A stretch of 64,000 bases of DNA from Eledone cirrhosa (lineage: Eukaryota), in assembly GCA_964016885.1 (NCBI GenBank), contig OZ024743.1, forward strand, positions 195,300,001-195,364,000, given 5' to 3'. Under the pieces are notes generated by a model, which did not search any database, was not told the DNA's origin, and saw only the letters and a list, made by a program, of their open reading frames with translations. A program made the translations under genes and the position numbers. Each line of letters opens with the position of its first letter. Position 1 is the first letter of the stretch. Of the stretch, positions 59,036-64,000 are shown one piece after another.

Positions 59036-59148
59036 AATGAGAGGTATACAAATATATGAGGTATACAAATATATGAGTCTCCCTCCGCCTTTCTGAGATT
59101 TTCTCGCATGCTACGGACGTATGTAGTTAGGGCTCTTCCCTGGGGTGC

Positions 59149-59239
59149 TCTCTTGATAAGCTGGCTTACCTCACAACAATGTTACATATCTATGATATAA
59201 CATTCTTGCATAGTGACCAGTGAAACTGTACAGTCGTGA
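59149..59239 (+). ncRNA. Type I hammerhead, U3-A8 variant, copy 1 (weakened stem I)
   Basis: TCTC-TTGATAA-GCTGG...CCAGT-GAA-ACTGTACAGT-C-GTGA; one mismatch in stem I. Confidence 0.6.
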
Positions 59240-59463
59240 CTAGAGACAAAAATAGGTATATTGTATCTATTATTTCTTTTTATAATATTTTACATAACTC
59301 TGATATTGTGTCAATTTAATTATTTCGATTATTTTGTCTCTCATAATCATAGAGTAACACTGGTTAAGGTCGACAACATACAATCTCACATACTTGTGAA
59401 AAATATATGTTTAAATATACATGTATATGTATGTATACACATATATTTGTATACCTCTCATTA

Positions 59464-59621
59464 TTCGCCATGCTTTCCAGCATAGTTACGTCCCTTTATG
59501 ATCTGAGTTCAAATCCCGCCGAGGTTGACTTTGCCTTTCATCCTTACGGGGTCGATAAAATAAAGTACCAGTAATGCACTGGGTGATTGCTGGCCTTGTG
59601 CCTAAAGTAGAAACAATTATT
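59464..59621 (+). mobile_element. 5'-truncated OK-like SINE nested in the retrozyme-like unit
   Basis: Near-identical to 54299-54452. Confidence 0.85.
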
Positions 59622-59890
59622 GTCTCTAACTCCCTCACGGTAGAGTAACCACGGAAGTATAGTGACTGCTTTCAAGCAAACACTATATACACTTCTAGTC
59701 AACCTTACCACCCCTCTGTAGCCTATGTATCATATCAATATCTCCCTCCGCCTTCTGAGATATTTTCACTGCTACAAGGGATTAATCCCCTTTCTTGACC
59801 GGTGTATCACGTGATAGAGTCTCCCTCCGCCTTTCTGAGATTTTCTCGCATTCTACGGACGTATGTAGTTAGGGCTCTTCCCTGAGGTGC

Positions 59891-59981
59891 TCCCTTGATA
59901 AGCTGGCTTACATCACAACAATGTTGTATATCTATGATATAACATTCTTGCATAGTGACCAGCGAAACTGTACAGTCGGGA
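59891..59981 (+). ncRNA. Type I hammerhead, U3-A8 variant, copy 2
   Basis: Stem I TCCC/GGGA; core TTGATAA; stem II GCTGG/CCAGC; GAA; palindromic stem III ACTGTACAGT; GUC cleavage triplet (cut predicted after 59977). Confidence 0.78.
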
Positions 59982-60046
59982 CTAAAGAATTAAATAGGTA
60001 TATTGTATCTATTATTCCTTTATATAATATTTTATATATATATATA

Positions 60047-60774
<728 letters not shown>

Positions 60775-61654
60775 TGCACACATACATATAGAAAGGAGTA
60801 TGTGTATGTGTGGGGGTGAAATTAAGAAATAATCTTAATAAACAAGATCGAAAGTCTACTCTATATATATGTATTTATTTATTTACTCTTGAGATGCAAC
60901 AGATATGAACTTCCCGATATAAGGTTTGACTCTCTTTGTTTATTTTTTTTATATATGAATATTGATTTTTTCTTGTATCTCATTCTGTTATTTTGCCCGA
61001 GAAAATATCTATGTGTATCATCAAACGAAGTACACACATGGCTATTTTTTCAAATTCTAATTGAGTTCTGGCACGTGGCCTGAATTCCTTTTAGAAACCA
61101 TTGTCCTGCGCATGTATTGTTTTTTTGGCGGTAATCTACTTCCTCATTTTTGAATCAGTTTGAGAATTTCTTTAGAACTGCTGGAGTAGCAACCTAACAG
61201 ATACCTCAGGCACTGATGCTGATTATCGCTAAATACTGATATTGATTTGATTATCAATATTAATATTATTGGGCACCCACTGTAGAATTATAAGAGCCCA
61301 CTTGAATAAGTATATGTTGATCTTATACAAGCTTCTACATAAATTGGTATAATTTCACCCAAATTGTAGGAATCTTATAATGAAACGAGACGTCCGTCTG
61401 GGAAGAGATATTTTCGATATATCTCATATGAAATAATACAGCCAATTTTCCACACAATACAATTAGTTAGCACCCCGAACGTTTAATTAGCAATATACTC
61501 ACTTATTTCCTAATGTTTGTTAAGTGAGATGGGATTTGGCCGGAGTATCGCTAAAAGCTTTCTCCGACAATGTATTTATTTATTTATTTATTTATTTATT
61601 TACTTATTTATTTATTTATATATATATATACATGTGTGTGTATTAAGAACACAG

Positions 61655-61925
61655 TGGACGTGTTGCATATGAGATTTATTGCTCAGCCCGGTTTCAAATG
61701 ATTTTCAGGCGGCGGGCTCTTGATTTACGAGGTGTCCCAGACCTGACGCCAAGTCTGGCTGATCCTCAGACCACTGTTAACACAACATATTTGTTGTGGT
61801 AACACTGGTCTGAGGATCAGGCAGACCTGGAGTCTGATTTGGGATACCTCCCAGATCACCAGCCTGCTGCCTGAGAAACATTTATTACCGGACTGAGCAA
61901 TAAATCTCATATGTAGCACCTCCAC
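61655..61925. mobile_element. ~270-bp near-perfect palindrome (hairpin MITE-like)
   Basis: GTGGA..CATATGAGATTTATTGCTCAG...CTGATCCTCAGACCA..CACAACA-tatt-TGTTGTG..TGGTCTGAGGATCAG...CTGAGCAATAAATCTCATATG..TCCAC. Confidence 0.85.
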
Positions 61926-62054
61926 TTTCTTCTTATTATATACATTCTACCCTGCATCGAGTGCTCATACTGGTACTCTCTTCAGTTTTCTTCGGGGTTA
62001 CTGAATCTTTTGAACCTATATATATATATATATATATAAATATATATATATATA

Positions 62055-62333
62055 GCAGCCAACACTGTAACGTGGTCTTGATAGGGACACGATAAAAAGC
62101 GCCCAGCCCACACTGTAATGTGGTCGTATCGGTTTCGTGACAAAATCCACCCAGCCCACATTGTAAAGTGGTCATTTAGGTGGCACGCAAAAAGCACCCG
62201 GTCCCCGCTGTAAAGTGGTCATTCAGGTGTCACGCAAAAAATCCCAGCCCACACTGTAAAGTGGTCGTTTAGATGTCACGCAAAAAGCACCCAGCCCACA
62301 CTGTGAAGTGGTCGTTTAGATGTCACGGCAAAA
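62055..62333 (+). repeat. Minisatellite, ~47-48-bp unit, ~6 copies
   Basis: Consensus approximately CAGCCCACACTGTAAAGTGGTCGTTTAGATGTCACGCAAAAAGCACC. Confidence 0.9.
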
Positions 62334-62339
62334 AGATAA

Positions 62340-62425
62340 TCTCGGAGAGGTTTGAACTCAGAATGTAATGAGCCGTAACCAAATACCAAGTAGCGTTTTG
62401 TCCGGCACTATAACTATTTGGCTAA
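62340..62425 (-). mobile_element. Diverged SINE head fragment
   Basis: Reverse complement gives ...TCTGAGTTCAAACCTCTCCGAG, similar to the B-box region of the SINE at 54264. Confidence 0.5.
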
Positions 62426-63189
62426 TAATAATAACTATTTGGCTAATAATAATAACATTAATATTGCTTAGAATGATACTCCTATAAAGAGAGAGTAGAT
62501 AATCGAATAGATTGTGCTCTTTTTAGTATAAATTGTGTGCTTACTCTATGTATGATCTGCTTCTTGATTAATCATAGTTGTTATACTGTACAAATGTGTT
62601 AAATTAATATTGTAAGCATATCAAGAAAAAGACGTTTCCACTATTTTTATCCACATTATATTATGAGCAGTTCCTTAAATTCAGTCTTCATTGAAAGCCA
62701 ATGGAAGACACATAATTTAAGATTTATATCTACATCTGTTATTGCACCTGGCCTTTAGCATTCAATAGAATAATTATAGCTTAATATAATCATAGCTGAA
62801 CATGCAAAATAACATACTAATATAGCAAAATTCTCTTTGGATTCTATGTCTCAATATGAAAACGACAAAAGCTGCCATTTATTTTCATACAACATTAAGG
62901 AAAGGAGCATATGATATTCTTTAATTTTGTAGATTGTCTCTAACATAGACACATATCTAAGTGTACCATGGCACGCAAATGGCAAGTCGCATGCACACAC
63001 ACACATGCACACACATACACAGACGTATGTATATTTTATATGTACACACGCACATATATATATATGGGCGTGTGTGTATGTGTGTACAAATGTAGATATA
63101 TATTATATATATATACTATAACTATCTGTATCTCTATCTCTTTCTCTCTATCTATCTCTCTCTTTCTCTCTCTTATATATAAGCCAAAT

Positions 63190-64000
63190 CACTGACGATC
63201 CCAAAGAATGCGCAGAACTCATTGCTGAGTGCTATGCAAGTATTTTTACTGTTGAAAACCAGAATGTACCATCTCCACCATCTCTAACATCAAATTCCAT
63301 AACAACTATGGAATTTACACCTGCAATGTTGCGACGTCACCTTAAGAATAAGCGCAACTATGCCTCCCCTGGTCTTGATGGTGTTACATACCTGCTTCTC
63401 AAACGTGGCGGGTATTTCCTTTTGCGCCAGCTTTCTTTCTTCTTTCAATACTGTCTCAACAATGGTACTACTCCGGAGCAGTGGAAAACTGCCAGTGTCA
63501 TTCCCCTGTTCAAATAGGGCAACCGCATGTCACCTGTCAACTATCGTCCAGTCAGTCTTACTAGCTGTATGGCCAAACTGATGGAATCCTGTGTCAGAGA
63601 AACACCTTGGAACTTCTGGAGCTCTCACAGCCTCATCCGACCCTCAAAGTTTGGATTTATCCCTAACTCCAGCTACTGTGATCAGCTTATCGAGTTCCTT
63701 GAAGACATCACCCGGATCACTGACAGCGGCTCATGGGTGGATGTTGTTTACCTTAACTTTGCTAAGGCTTTTAATTGTGCAACACAAAAAACTTATGGCA
63801 AAACTCTTTGCAATGGGTGTGAGGGATGATCTTTTCGACTGGTTGAAATCCTTCATTCTCAGCCGAAAAGAAGTAGTCACGGTTCTAGGACAGCATTCTT
63901 CACCATATGAGATGTCATCTGGTGTACCACAGGGATCTGTTCTTGGTCCCCTTTTGTCTGTGGCATATATTAATGACATAGATGCCAACTTACAGAATGC
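63190..64000 (+). mobile_element. CR1/L2-group LINE RT fragment, decayed, runs off the window
   Basis: ASPGLDGV, WKTASVIPLFK, NYRPVSLTS, VDVVYLNFAKAF, SGVPQGSVLGP..YINDI, with stops and frameshifts. Confidence 0.85.

Larger units (their letters stand above)
59075..60034 (+). mobile_element. Retrozyme-like non-coding element with ~218-bp terminal direct repeats, each holding a hammerhead
   Basis: 59075-59292 recurs at 59817-60034 (period 742, ~585 after removing the nested SINE). (TA)n flanks; no ORF. Confidence 0.75.

Noticed and set aside
60831-60863. ~30-bp match to the reverse complement of 55456-55486
   Set aside because: Real similarity but too short to interpret; probably scraps of one dispersed repeat.

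Overview
AT-rich, microsatellite-dense animal genomic DNA, probably octopus/cephalopod (inferred from OK-like tRNA SINEs). No host gene can be supported; recognisable features are mobile DNA and simple repeats. The dominant structure is a ~31-kb pile-up (11.4-42.6 kb) of non-LTR retrotransposons in one (TAA)n/(TTA)n microsatellite. It holds nine insertions of an R4/Dong-like RLE family A (one with a twin-priming-type 4-kb inversion, one internally deleted), two of a divergent R4/Dong family B, and one full-length Tx1/L1-like element in the opposite orientation. Families A and B share a ~0.5-kb 5' leader and a covarying 3' hairpin. (TA)n tracts host a different community: Penelope-like elements (RT + C-terminal GIY-YIG) with inverted pLTRs, fold-back MITEs, and three mutually unrelated non-coding ~600-nt units with terminal direct repeats. 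Two of these units carry well-formed type I hammerhead ribozymes (one with a compensatory U3-A8 core) and are retrozyme-like candidates. CRE- and CR1-like LINE fragments and several SINEs complete the window. All family assignments come from motif recognition by eye, not database searches.
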